Assembly: GCA_030704615.1 (NCBI GenBank)
Contig: CM060733.1
Span: 21,142,001 to 21,206,000, forward strand
Length of the DNA stretch: 64,000 nt
Direction of reading: 5' to 3'
DNA from: Takakia lepidozioides
Lineage: Eukaryota > Plantae > Bryophyta
A program made the translations under genes and the position numbers. This document shows positions 1-12,747 of the stretch, piece after piece. How positions within the stretch are numbered: the first letter of the stretch is position 1; every line of letters begins with the position of its first letter. The notes beneath the pieces were generated by a model. That model saw only the letters and a list, made by a program, of their open reading frames with translations. It did not search any database and was not told the origin of the DNA.

Positions 1-1032
1 CCCTTACCACTAGGCATAAAGAATTTTCAGGAAATTTGCTTTGTATTTTGAGTGTGCTTACCACTCATAAATGAATCTTCTTGAACTGCATGATCATCTC
101 ACGAGTGCGTTATGGTTTGTAACACCCCTTGACAGTGGGTTACATTTTGTAACCGCACTTCACATGATATACTTTCTTTTTCTTTTAGAAGAGTTAAATC
201 TTTATCTGTGTGGAAAGATTTCTTTCCATTCAATTTTTGAACACAACGACTGCAACGATGTTCATGTGGAACCAATATCAAGTGTGAGCAGTGGTGTAAA
301 ACTTGATAATTCTTGTATTTCTGACACTAATGTTATGGTGCTTGCACCTAATAAGCAATTTGACCCCTTTCTTTGTGGATGATGATTTCTGGGGAACACC
401 TAATGTACACAAGGCTCTGGAGGACGAGATTAAGAAGCATGAAGATCGAGTGAAGCTACCATACTTCGTTGGTGGAGGATCAACGTCGAATAGGGTTTTA
501 AACTCCGGGCATCACTTCGAGAACATGACTAACTGCCTAATCATTATTATTCATATCATGGATCTTTTTGTCAGTGCCAAGATGGTGAACGATTTGAAGA
601 TCCTCTGTGTAACAAATCTCGGCCCTCAAGCGATGAGAATGCTGATCCTATAGCTTAAAAGATGGTCGAGTTGGAAGGCATGTAGTTTTATATAGCTTCT
701 TTTCAGTTTCACAGTTTCACATATTACTTAGAGGCTACTCTATTTAACCTCTACCAATTTTGCTATAAGCTTATTCCACAACCTGTTGATATTAAGCATC
801 AGACTTTAATAGAAGCTCTTCGTGAGCAAATTTCTGACCCAAACTCTTAATGAGTTAATCTTAGGTATAGCATACAGGGTTCTTTTAAGCACCACAAGTA
901 GTGTGTTTAGTACCTTGGTGATGGTGATTGAGGAGCTAAGTGCAGGAGGGAGCGAGGGAGGGTGCGGCATCCAAACATGGCTGTCCAACATCTATGAAAC
1001 TCTTAACTCCTCTACCTCCAGTGTTGCTCCAA

Positions 1033-1505
1033 AAACAGGTAAACAGAGATGAGGAGAAACTGTGGGATGAATACTTTTCTGACCCCAGTCAATGGTGGGA
1101 CAAACGAGGCAAAAAGGTGAATGCCTGCAGATTACCAGATGTCATTCTGAATGCTGCAGACTCGGCCCTGAGATGGTTCGTTGGGTGGATCTGTGGTGGT
1201 TAGGAGAGACTTTGACAAGTTACTGCCAGTGTGGCAGCAGGAAAGTAACCAAAAACAGATAACATTGGATGAGGAGAAGGCACCTTCTTTACACATTTCA
1301 CCCTGTTTTCCCCTCTTATCAGAATTTGCCCTAAATTTCCATGTTGAATTTTGCATGTTAGCTGGTACTTTGGTAGTTTGGAGTGACTTTGACATGATAC
1401 AGCCTATGTGACAACAGGAAAGTATCCAAATTAAACAGGTAACAGAGATGAGGAGAAGCTGTGGTATAAATACTTTTCTGACCCCAGTCAATGGTGGGAC
1501 AACGT
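1033..1505 (+). pseudogene. Triplicated fragments of an organellar single-stranded DNA-binding (OSB, PDF-motif) exon
   Basis: DEEKLWDEYFSDPSQWWDKRGKK (about 1048-1116, followed by a GT donor) resembles the OSB PDF motif (W..l...P..WWDnR..K). The unit AAACAG(g/a)TAA..GATGAGGAGAA recurs near 1033, 1253 and 1432, with decay in the later copies. No complete gene. Confidence 0.55.
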
Positions 1506-1829
1506 TGATTCGGCCTTCCAATGTAGAAATAGGTTTAGCTTGGTACCAAAAAGTGAAAGGATCATTTTACTCCTATGATTTGACGCACAATATGATGGTT
1601 GATCTAGAGTCTATCATAGCATTAGCCTTTTTAAAGTATGATGCAGCCTCTAATAGGTACAAGCTCGATCCAAATGATAGAACAGTTTTTAACAACTTTA
1701 ATTTGACGCTAATTTTTATTTGTTATACAAGTCATTTTAAATATTTTTTAAATCTGAGAGGAGATTCACAAGGACGATTAGCATGCGTATTGGCAAGAGA
1801 AAGAGCCCAAGTGGTGGGCACAATATTAT

Positions 1830-2621
1830 GAGTGCAGACAATGGAATTTCCTGAACCAGAGGCCTTGTGTGAGCATTAGCGATTCATAACGAACACTGCG
1901 AGGTAGGTTCTCTTGAGGAAGCTCGTGATCGCCAACTCCTGGCACTCATCTACAGTGCAAGGAGACCACGAAAAGTCTTTGGAGAATTTGTACAAGCAAG
2001 TGCAACCTTCCTAGCCAATGCAGATCAATTTACTGTCCACTTACGTGCCGCTTCGCTTCAGCTGTTGCAACTGGTGACCGTCGAGCATGCTCCTGGCTAG
2101 ATCAAAGATTGGAACCTGTTTCTTTGCAGCTTGGGGCAAAATGCTATATCTTCTGAGGTCTGCACTTTGTAGGGTGGGGGTGGGGCGCGGTGTGGGGAGG
2201 GGGAGGGGGAGGAGGGGAAACCTAAAACTTCTGATCATACAGTATGCGAGTGATGTGGTAGATTGAAGTGGCTGCTGTCAATTCGAGCATTGGCGATGCC
2301 CTCCTAGCACTGGGTCGCGACTTAGAAGCAGAACTTTCTTACCAAAAAGCTCTCGAGGCATTCAAGGCCTTGAAAGGCGACAATCATGCGTTGACAACGT
2401 CTGCTTATGTGAGGTTAGCGGAACTCTACCTCAGAACCAACAAACCTGGCGACGCAAAAATCTACTGTGAATGTGCACTGCGGATCTATAGAGAGCAGGA
2501 GGCTGAACATACCCCTGAAGATATCGTTCAAGGATTGACTGGCATTGCCGCCGCCCTAGAGCAATTGAATGAAGAGGAGTTAGCGCTCCGCCTCCTTCAA
2601 CGAGCACTCAAAGCTTGCCAG
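1830..2621 (+). pseudogene. Kinesin light chain-related TPR protein (KLCR/CMU-like) pseudogene fragment
   Basis: ORF 2268-2672 has TPR repeats (IGDALLALGRDLEAELSYQKALEAFKALKGDNHALTTSAYVRLAELY). Upstream 1830-1995 gives frameshifted QTMEF..EALCEH/LAIHNEHCEVGSLEEARDRQLLALIYS/GDHEKSLENL. An unrelated insert interrupts it at about 2030-2260. Confidence 0.7.
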
Positions 2622-2749
2622 GTAACCAATCTAGTCATAGAAAGTCAGAAATTGGACCACAATGAAAAATAAAGAAATATAACTGAGCCTATATATATAT
2701 ATATCATCTGTCTGGCCTGTCCAAGTCTTTAATTCACAAGTATCTGCAT

Positions 2750-4160
2750 GCTCAAGCGGCATAGAGTTCACCTCTTGATTGTGAGGTGACAATATCTTTG
2801 AAGTCGTGACTGCCCGAACTTTCTTCGGAGGCGACTCATTCTCCTCATCCCCACCACAAGCCTCCTCTGTGGGTATAACCACAACACCACTAGTAGCACC
2901 CTTGGAATTTTGCAGGCCAGGCCAAATCCAAATACAGATACTCAATGCAGATACTCAAAGATGAAAATGAGGTTAAACAAATGAGAGCTGTAGCTGTAGC
3001 TTTTTCTTAATCTTCAAACCATGAGTATCTTGTAGGGATTCACTGCATCATGCAAATGACAATCCACTACTTTACATTGTTGATCCACTAAACACCTTGT
3101 CACATCCAAACGCCAATTCTTGGACATACCTTGTGAAAACCTTAGTACCTCACCAATATGAGTCATATGCAAAGAGAAATCAGAATTCATTAATTTACGC
3201 AATTCAGAAGCCCCTCTTATGAAGCACTTCAATAAGCGATAAAACATCGATGGGCTTCGTGGCTTTCCCGAAGCTAGCTTCTAGACCAGCTCTGATAGCG
3301 GCCTCATCCCCCATCAATTTCACACGCAAGAACCGCACATCGTTGAAAATGCGCACACGGTGATACGAAACTCACAGATAGATAGCCTGGTCTACTGACA
3401 CATGTAATCGATTGGCTTGAAGACATGAACTTGAGTAAGAAAGCTTTCGAGAAGCGCGAGGAAAAAATACGCGAACGTTTGCTATCATCGGACTTTTGTG
3501 ACCGCCTCTCCTCTATTCACAATATAGTGAGGTTGTCCAAAGGCATAGCTGCGGGTAAAGATGTTAAACCTCTCAGGGAATTCTTGAGAGTTCTGATACA
3601 AAAATGTGAGGATCGCTCACAACATACCTTGAACACTGCACAAGATATGTACAATTGTGATTAGTGAATAACACAGATAGAAAGAAACACCATAATCAAG
3701 AGTTTCGATCGGAAAGCACCTCCCATGGGGGTATAATGTGTCATCTTTTTTTCGCACTTCTGACGTGAATTCGCAGAGCATATCGACAAAGCTCTTAATA
3801 TCTTTATGCTCAGACAAGTCTTCAATCGACAACTGTTTATCAAATCCCCGAAACTGACACCATTCATCAAAAACGTTTTTCGCCCACTTCACTGCAACTT
3901 TGCTACACCGATGACCACAACTATTTACATTCTGTAATTTGATAGCATCAGTCTCGCCAAAGCGACGTTTGTTCTAAACATATTGAGCATCACATCCATC
4001 AGAATCCTCACTAAGATCTCCATTCTCATCAAATTCTAAATCAGCATCAAAATAGTCAGTATCACTCGACAATTTAGGAGAATTGACATCATGGATAGTT
4101 GTCGCAAGAGAAGACACAAAAGGTTTAACAATTGTTGAGTCGCGTGACACAAACACAACA
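2750..4160 (-). mobile_element. Degenerate DUF3504/Crypton-like (tyrosine-recombinase-related) element ORF
   Basis: Minus-strand peptides KWAKNVFDEWCQFRG..FVDMLCEFTSEVRKKDDTLYP, IFNDVRFLRVK..AIRAGL and CFIRGASELRKL..LRFSQGMSKNW match DUF3504/ZMYM/KCTD1-type motifs (WA..F.eW; L..F..EvRk.dG..YP; F.lRG..E.r.L; SKn). Stops and frameshifts present; no catalytic C-terminus found. Confidence 0.6.
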
Positions 4161-5787
4161 AGAACATAATGATTGAACTTGAGATTGTCAAGAGCACTCC
4201 GCTCAAGGATAACATTAACATGAAGATATATTGTAGGAGTGACTTATAATGAAGCTGTTGGCGAATCCTCAATGCTCAATTTTGCTAGTACACTGTAATC
4301 AAAGATGATGTAGAAACAATGGCAAGAAGAGAATCATCATCGTTCAGTTGCGAAAAATTCAGAGAAAGCCTCCAAAAATGTGCGGCATGCTTTCTTGTAA
4401 CATGACTCTCAGCCTTAGTACGTTCCATGCTGACGCAAAAATGACGAGCAACGTTTGGAAAACAAGTAAACGGTTTACACAAAGGACGTGGAAAAGATCT
4501 GGCACAAGAAAACGGCGACTGCAATGATGCAAAGAGCACCCCGAAGACAACCCGAAAAAGACGACCAACAAAAATCTTGCCACGTGACAAAAGAGGAAAA
4601 CATGCCTTGTAAAACACCCCTACTCGGTGCCTCACATGTTCTCGTCGCTCATGGCAAAACTCTCAAACAGGTGAAGCACCTTGTAGGGGTGCTTTACCTT
4701 ACACTAAATGTTGGATGTCATAGAGGTGTCCAATGTCTACATTTGCGTTCAAGAGACACTTGCTTTGGTAATGCATCCACATTTTGTGGCCTCCGTTGCC
4801 TAAAAGGGGGAAAAAAGGTAAAATTTGTGGATTTGTGAATGTTGTGATTCAACATTGCGTCATTCTTAACATGATACCAAAAGGAAAAGAAAAAGAGAAA
4901 AAAAGCACGTGCCGATGTGCCAACATGGTGAATCATGAGTGGAATACGGAATTTTTCTCAAATTGATGTGATGGGCGACCGGTCTTTACGTTACCTTGAC
5001 TTTATATTTGTCCAATCCCATCCGTACACTTGACGTGTCCAAGACAGAAACGTCACCGCCCACCCCATCAATCATGACGGACAACTAATTCACGGAAACG
5101 AAAACCACTCCTCGGTTTGCTAATATCAGATACCGGGGCGAGAATAATACGAGCAACAACAACCCCCGGAACTTGAACGTCGAACCGAACCTATTAAGTT
5201 ATGGGTTTCTCGGATCTCAAGACGCTGCGGTCCGAGGAATATTAGTACGTACATGCAGTAAAAGTTAAAACTGATGGTTAGTGAACAAGCTAAAAGATGG
5301 GTTGGTAACAGTGGTTTTAGATTTGATCGCCAGATTTCAACCTGGAAAATAGGTCGGCTACTTTTATAAAAGAATTAAGTGAGTAAAATTTTTTTTGGCC
5401 AGAAAGCGCCAATGGTAAAATATCAGAAGCCAGAGTTTTCCTACGTGGACCTGTTAAAATATGACACCTATTATATAGCAACTTTTCTAACGCTGCCACC
5501 TCGTTATTCTCGCCACATGGGCACTGGGTAGAATTTACATGTACTTTGTTTTTGTTTTTGTTTTTAATGAAGATTTTGGAAAAGTGAAAAAAAAAACACT
5601 GGTTGGTAAGATGAAGTTTACGTAGTGAGGGGATTAACTTAGTGACCGCGGTCGGGTTAAGTGGGGTAGTAAGCGAGTGTCGGATGGCAGGACACCGACA
5701 GCGATACTGTCTGCCCGCGGGGCGCTGCCTGCCCTAACTAGGAATTAGTTTCCGTGCCATTTACTATTTTCCGAAAATAATCACCTC

Positions 5788-5827
5788 CCCGAATATATAT
5801 GAAAGCGCCCGAATATAAATGAAAGCG
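5788..5827 (+). repeat. Two-copy 20-bp tandem repeat in the FBT promoter
   Basis: CCCGAATATATATGAAAGCG followed by CCCGAATATAAATGAAAGCG; each copy has a TATA-like core. Confidence 0.6.
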
Positions 5828-6800
5828 TAGCCAACTTGCTAAGGGTGCGCGAGAGAATGGACGAAAAATGTGGTGATGGACGACTCTCATCCAAGAGTAC
5901 TAAACCATAATAAAGGATAATGAATGATAATTGATGTGTAATTGACCAAGTACAATGGGCAGTCTTCCTTCTTCCTTCCCCGCACTGGCCTGTTCCTTCC
6001 TCGCTCGCTTTCTTCCTTCTCTCTCGCTCAGATCTTCAGAGTTTGTTGAGAAGGCGAGGGATCGTGGATGCTAGCAAAGCAGTCGGCAGCGAGGATTGAT
6101 GGAAGGTGAGTGTTTTGATGCAATCTCCTCGTGTTTTCAGCTGGGTGCTGTTTCTCTGCTTTATCGGTGCTTTGGATCAAATTGTTGAGATGGATTTTTT
6201 AAGCTTTCTCTTTTGCTGGTATTTTATGGTGTTGTTGCTGTCTCGCTTCTGTCTGTCTTGAATCAGGCCGGTGGGGTGTGTGATTGAGGAAGCGGAAGTC
6301 AGCTGAGCTTGGAAGGGGAGCTGTGAACTCCATTTTCCCTTGTTGCCGCTTCCGTCTCTTTCTCTCCCCGTTTCGTGGTGGTCGCAAGGCTGCGGGGAAC
6401 GAATTTTAGTGACTTCGTCATGATCATTCTCCTGTAAAATAAGACTAGCTGCTCAGGATATGCAACGGAGAGGTGCACAGGTGGCTGTCAAAATGACAGC
6501 TTGCTCGCCTGAGTGGAACATCCTCCCCGACATTGGAACAGAAAGATTCTGTTTCTCGTCTCGAAGGACTGGGTTACGTTCCATACTTCCGGTGGTTTTG
6601 AAATCCTTGGTTGTGGGAGTTGAGCTTTTTAGTGGACTATGGATTAGAGGGGAAGACGTCTTATTTTGGCTTTGAAATTTCAGGATCAAAGTGCAATTCT
6701 TCAGGGAAAAACTGGACGGGTCAGGATGGGAGTGCGCTCTCCCAATTTCAACAGCTCACAAGATGGTTCCTCCTTACCCTGCACAAACACGCACCTGGCT

Positions 6801-9800
6801 ATGTTGATACTAGATGCAGATGGCGATTCCACCATGCACTCAGCTAACCGTGCCCTCCTATTCACTCCCCCGTCATCTCATCTGGGAGATCCCAAGAGTG
6901 GGCCCCTTCTGCTGGAGACGAGTGAGAAAGAAGACATGTTCAATCCCAAGCAAGAAACCGGGGTGCGCGCCAGAGCATGGAACACCACTTTGGTTCAGCC
7001 CTTGACATGGATGATCATGTTGTGCAGGTATGCCCCTCCTGTATCGCTCGCACACACTCAGCTTGTCCAATATCCACTTTATTTGCATGTTTGGGGGTGT
7101 GAGGAACTTTTGGTTATTCAAAGGTTGTATGTTCCTGTGCTGGCCATTGAGGATGACTGAGTTAATTCCCACACTCAGTCATTTTGCTTGAAGTATCTCC
7201 CACGCATAGTCAAGAACACTTGTTTGTCAGAGGGAGAAACAAATCAGCTCGTGTGTATGGCCTTAGTAGCAGCCCAGTGTTGGTCAACGTTCCAGACTGC
7301 AACATTATTCATTTCAAATGTAGATACCGTTTTCGAACTTGTTGCCTCATCAGGAATTTGCAAAACTGCAGGGAGCTGGATGCAACCTTTGTTTTTGGAG
7401 TGATGGTGGTCTACGGCGTGAGCCAGGGCCTTGGCGTTGCCATTGACAGAGTGGTGGTGGACTATTACTGGAAAGATGTACAAGCAGAGCAACCATCTAC
7501 TGTGCAGTTTTATCGGGGCTTGACCTGGATCCCATGGGATGTGAAGCCCATATATGGCCTCCTCACTGATATGCTCCCTGTTGTCGGGTACCATCGCCGG
7601 CCTTACTTTCTTTTTTCAGGTTTTTGGCACAACCTTAGAACTCAAATACCTCAAGTAGTCATGGTGTTTGGTTTGCAAAAGCCTGATAATCTCCCTCGCC
7701 CACCCCATCCCATACCCGCCCTCTGTTTGCCCTCTTGGGTGAGAACACCATGTTCTGATCCATAATACTTCGAAACTTTAATGGCCTGTGGCAGGAAATA
7801 TCCATGAGTGCAGTCTTTCCTGCTAACTTCTCTACCCCCTCCCACAAAGCCCTCTCCTGGTCAGGCATGAACCAGTTTACCTTTTGCCATAGATTTTGAA
7901 AGCATTAGGGTGCAAATCCTTGGCTCGAAAAATGTCTGTGGATGATGGGACCACATTTTGCCTTGCCGAGCCTTTCTCTCTCGCTGTTGATGCTGAAGCT
8001 GTACACTGCTGTCCTTTCTTACTCAAGAAATCTTGGCCCCCGTCCCCTCTTCTCTCTCTTCCTCTGTTCAGGACTCATGACCCTCCTTGTCAAATTCCCT
8101 TCAAATAATAATTGTGGAACTCTGAGCCCTGAAATATGAATTTGGGAGAAATCTGGAAGGCCAGATGCATTTGTATTGACAAACATATTTCCGGGGAAAT
8201 ATTGCTGTTTCTAAAGAATCCAACTTTGTGGCTGTGTGTGGGGAAGACAGGCATTGTGACAGTGCTCACAACTCTAGTGCTAGTGTTGGGGGGCAAGCTG
8301 CATGTAGCAAGTGCGCTCACCATGTTTGTGGGACGCTCAGCTGCTTCAGCGATGGCTGATGTGACCATTGATGCACTAGTGGCTACAAAGAGTCGGCAAA
8401 AACCTTTTTTGGCTTCCCATATTCAGAGTCTCTGTGCCACATGCGCATCACTTGGTAGCTTGATTGGTTTTTTGCTGAGTGGGCTGGCAGTGCACACTCT
8501 TGGCTCCCAGGTCTGACTACACTACCTCCTATTCCAGAATTGTATTTGTGTGTGTGGTATATATAGAGAGGGAACCTGGTTCTTAGAATTTTCCCCTAGA
8601 TTCATCACAAGGTGCTTTTGGGGTGCCACTCAGTGTTCTGCTGTCTTGGTGGCCTACTCAGATGCATCGAAGGGAAAGTCTTGCAACGTTAACATAGAGA
8701 AGCTATGTACGTGGGAATGTTTCAAATTCTCAGTTTGAAAGTTGCTGATTCACACCTCGTGGAGACAGAAGAGGTACAGGCTTTGGGGAAGGGGAACTAC
8801 AGCACATACTGGAGAAATAGGGAGGGGGCTTGTTGGTGGGCTGATGGAGGTACAGGGTGCAGCTGGGAGGCCATTTGTAGATGCAAAGAGTTGGGGCTAG
8901 GAGGGGGAGGGACAGCAGTTTATTGGGTCCTATGTGTTGCTCGCAGGGTGCACTGGGGGTCATGCTGGTTCCAGGGGTTCTTCTCCTTCTGCTTGGCTTT
9001 GTTATCTATGAGCCCCGCCTTCCCCGCCATCTCTGGCATTCTGACAAGGTATGCTTTGCTTTTTGGTCTCCTTCTGTAAAGGACCAGTGTCAGCCTTTAG
9101 CTTTGTGATTCTGCTCTCCTCTTCCCCTGAGAGAAAAGTCTTATGAATATATCCATTCCCAAGCAGAACTCCCTCTATCAGAAACTTTCAGTTTGGGATG
9201 GATTTCAGATGTCTCCTGAGTGAGTCCTTTGCTTAAATTATGTGCTTGGGGGAATTGGCAGGTGGGGCAGCAGATGTGGCAAGTGAGTGCCAACATGTGG
9301 GCTACTCTGAAGCATGCGGAAGTCTGGCAGCCAACATTGTACATGTATTTGTCATGGGCCTTAAGTCCTGACATCTCAGAGGGAAAATTCTATTGGTACA
9401 ATGATACATCTGTCGGTCCTGCATTCTCTGAGGTAAAATTTGAGATCTTCACCTCAGTTTCATGTTTGCTACTTCAAAGCAGAATTTGTGGAGGCTTGGA
9501 GCAATCACCAGTAGTTTCTGTAAGACCAGGTGCCCCAAGGCGATCGCAAGTGTGTATACTCTCTTTACGTAGCCATTCAACCACAGTCACCTGTTTCAAA
9601 AGTCACAACATTAGGAGTTAGGGGGCTACAGCAGCAAGTGCTGGAAAAACCTCATACTTCTACTTTGATGTCGATTCCAGCTTAAAGCAACGTTCATTCC
9701 CCCATGATGGACACTTGACAGCTGCGGAGAACATTTCCATGTAAACCCCACAACCTGGTTTGGGTGGATAATTCCATAGGACTCCTCTGCCCTCCAGACT

Positions 9801-11508
9801 GTTATTGGAAACGTTCACAGGACAGTCATCTATTCACATCCTCTGTCTACATTGGTTGGACTTGTGGCAGGAGTTTGTGGGTGTAATATTTGCAATAGGG
9901 TCGGTCGGCACACTGTTGGGGGTGTTTCTATACCAGAAATTCTTGAGAACATGGTCTTTCCGAAGGCTGCTGTGCTGGTCACAGCTTCTCCTCGCTGGCT
10001 CAGGCATGCTAGACTTCGTACTGGTGACACGCCTCAACCTGAAGCTGCATGTCCCTGATTACATGTTTGTGGTGGTTGACGAGGCGGTCTCGCAGGTGTG
10101 TGTCTGCCATTTAGTGGAGGAAAACTTACTTTAGGTGGGGTGACGGAAAGAAAGAAAGAAAGAATGAAAGAGAAGATAACATCCACAGAGGAGTCCTGAA
10201 GGCCCATGGGACAGGGTCTAGCAAACCAAGGACCACCTCATGATATGGGTCACCCAAAGATGAATTGCCTTAAGGTAGGCTGCAAGGCACTGCACAGCTG
10301 AAGGTGTCCAACTAAGAATTGGGAATCTCTGAAAAGGATAGCAGTATCTCCCCCGGATCTCAGACTGTGCAGGACAGGAAAAGTAAAAGTGCTCTTGTTT
10401 CCACTGATTGTAGCTTCTCAGAGAGGAATCCAGCTGCTATGCAAGTTGATGATTGTAGGAGAAGATCTTGGCCTGTAATGCAGTGCATGTTTGGGCAAAA
10501 TGTTTTGTCGCTGTGCACCAAATGAGCAGCACTCAATGACTTTGAGGCTCATTGATGCAAAACACTCATGTAGCTTCTGGTTGAAACCAGTGGTGGCAAC
10601 ACTGTAGCCAGAGTCAGGTGGTGTTGGATAACGCTCCCGCAAGCCAATGCTTGGTCATTGACCCCAGTCAACCTAGCTGCAAACCTATCCAGCTATCACC
10701 TCAGTAAGCCGATTGCTGGCCTTCATAAAGAAAGACTGATCTGGTGGAGGATGGGTGAAGAATCTGGGATCCACAGGCTATAGTCCAATGGAGTATTGGA
10801 GCTTTGAAATTACAATATGTAGTCTCAAAGCAAGAACTCCTTGCTAAGGTTTGCTCTTCTCTAGAGAGGGTTGCGCGTCATGGGGCTTAACCCAACATCT
10901 CACAACGCAACCTGACAACAGCCATGCAACGCCTGCATGAATTTTCGTACCATCCCATTAAGGACACGCAAACTTCTTTATATGTCAAGCACCGGTTCAT
11001 GGCTACATAGAGATTGGAAGGGGAAGTCTCACTGCTGTGTTAATGAAGATTTGAAGTGCTGTGCTAAAAGAGTTATTGTTTGCAGGCAATGGTGCGCATG
11101 AAGTGGATGCCGTTGCTAGTACTAGCTGCAAAGTTGTGCCCACCAGGGATCGAGGGCACCTTCTTTGCATTGCTTATGTCAGTTGACAACATGGGGTGGC
11201 TCTCGGCTTCTTGGGGTGGGGGAGTGCTGCTCAAAGTGGTGGGCGTCTCACGCACAAATTTTCAGTTTCTGTGGCTTGCAGTGTTGGTACGCAATCTGAT
11301 GAGACTGCTACCACTTCTTTTTCTGTTTCTGGTGCCCAGCAGTGATCCAGAGAGACCTCTTCTCCCTCCTGAGCTTGATGGGTTGCATTCAGATGATAGT
11401 CAGGAGTCATTAGGGCCAGATAGTGAGGCCCAAGGTGCTGAAGTAGAGACCCTCCATTTAGTTGTCTTGCATCCACCAAAGAATACTGATGACACTAGTT
11501 ACACCTGA
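6801..11508 (+). CDS. Folate-biopterin transporter (BT1/FBT family, MFS)
   Basis: Exons 6801 (or 6834)-7027, 7372-7619, 8251-8510, 8947-9048, 9262-9432, 9871-10095, 11086-11508, all GT-AG and phase-consistent. Motifs IPWDVKPIYGLLTDMLP..GYHRRPY, AMADVTIDA, AAKLCPPGIEGTFFALLMSVDN. Probable 5'UTR exon ends near 6105. Confidence 0.93.
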
Positions 11509-12747
11509 CGTACGACACATTTATCTATCTTCTTGGTGCCATCCTTGGTCTACGAACACATGGACAAGAGATCCTCTCAACAATTGTTCAGCATCTGGAA
11601 CCAAGAGTATTGGGAATTCTCTCTGAGCATCAAAGAATCAATCAAACAAAGCCAGTGAAGTTCAAAATACTGAAGACAAAACTGATCCGACAAAATTTTT
11701 ATGACTACAAAAACAAAGATATACTCTACTTGAATAAAAAAGTGGCAGTGTCTAGTAAATTCCTTCAACTTTGTCAGTTGTCATTATTATTCAAATGCCT
11801 CTTCTAGATGTTTGAGTTCTTTCTCTCTATCAACCACCTCTTAGTGCAGAACTTGCATGGGTATATTTCTGGAATGGCCATAGTTACGTTTTCAATGCTA
11901 AGACCTCATTGGCATACATTTTCCAGTTTATCAGATTACTCTGCCCATAAAAGACAGACATACAGAGAGAAAAGATGGGTACTTATGGACAGATAATTCC
12001 CATTTATTAGGGTCAATTTTTGTGGGTTGCAATAGCATCATACCGTAGGCAGCAATGAGATGATTATAACTGGTAACCTAGAACATTTCAAACACCTGCA
12101 GGTCATAACAGCACCTCATGACATTCGTACATCTCTGCATCTTTAGTTCACTCCATTTCAAGTTTGTTCCAATTCTCTAGCTAGAACACATCACCAGCTT
12201 GAGAAGGCACAAAACCCATTCCAAGTGCACCTGAGAGCTTCGACACTCCACAACATCACACATCCATGCATACACAATCTTTTTTCATGGAAACTCAAGG
12301 AGAGCGATAATTACAATTTTGAAGGGTTTGCTAAGAGAGCTCACACGATCATCCTTTCATAATAGAGTTGAATCTCTTCTCATCGGATGTAGCACTTGAT
12401 TATCATGAGAGTGCTGGTATATTAGTTTGAAGTCAAGATGATCATCCTCCAGAAGGCTCTTCCATGCCTGCATCACTCATCCACAATCAGCATATCACAT
12501 TCTATTTAGTAAAACTGCTAGATAACTGCAAAGGCCTGATCTTACAGAACCAAAACTGAGGTAGCCAATTTGGTAATTAGGTGTCTAAAGCATGGGGAAC
12601 ACAGATCACTGGTGCATTAAGGTAACCTTCTTTAACTTTCTTTCAAGTGAATAGAAAAAAGTGATATTATCTGTACCTGGTGACGACGTTTGGAAAGCAG
12701 CTGCTCAGACATTGTCCCAGACAAGTGCTGCATAGTGAGGGCACAAG

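Noticed and set aside
303-1000. Short ORFs at the window start
   Set aside because: Probably TE or gene debris, but no motif I can assign with confidence.
1525-1700. Transposase C-terminal-like peptide (WYQK..YSYDLT..LDPND)
   Set aside because: Only a vague recollection of bryophyte repeat proteins; too short to call.
5630-5750. Structured ncRNA or hairpin in the FBT promoter
   Set aside because: Only short imperfect stems; no family motif.
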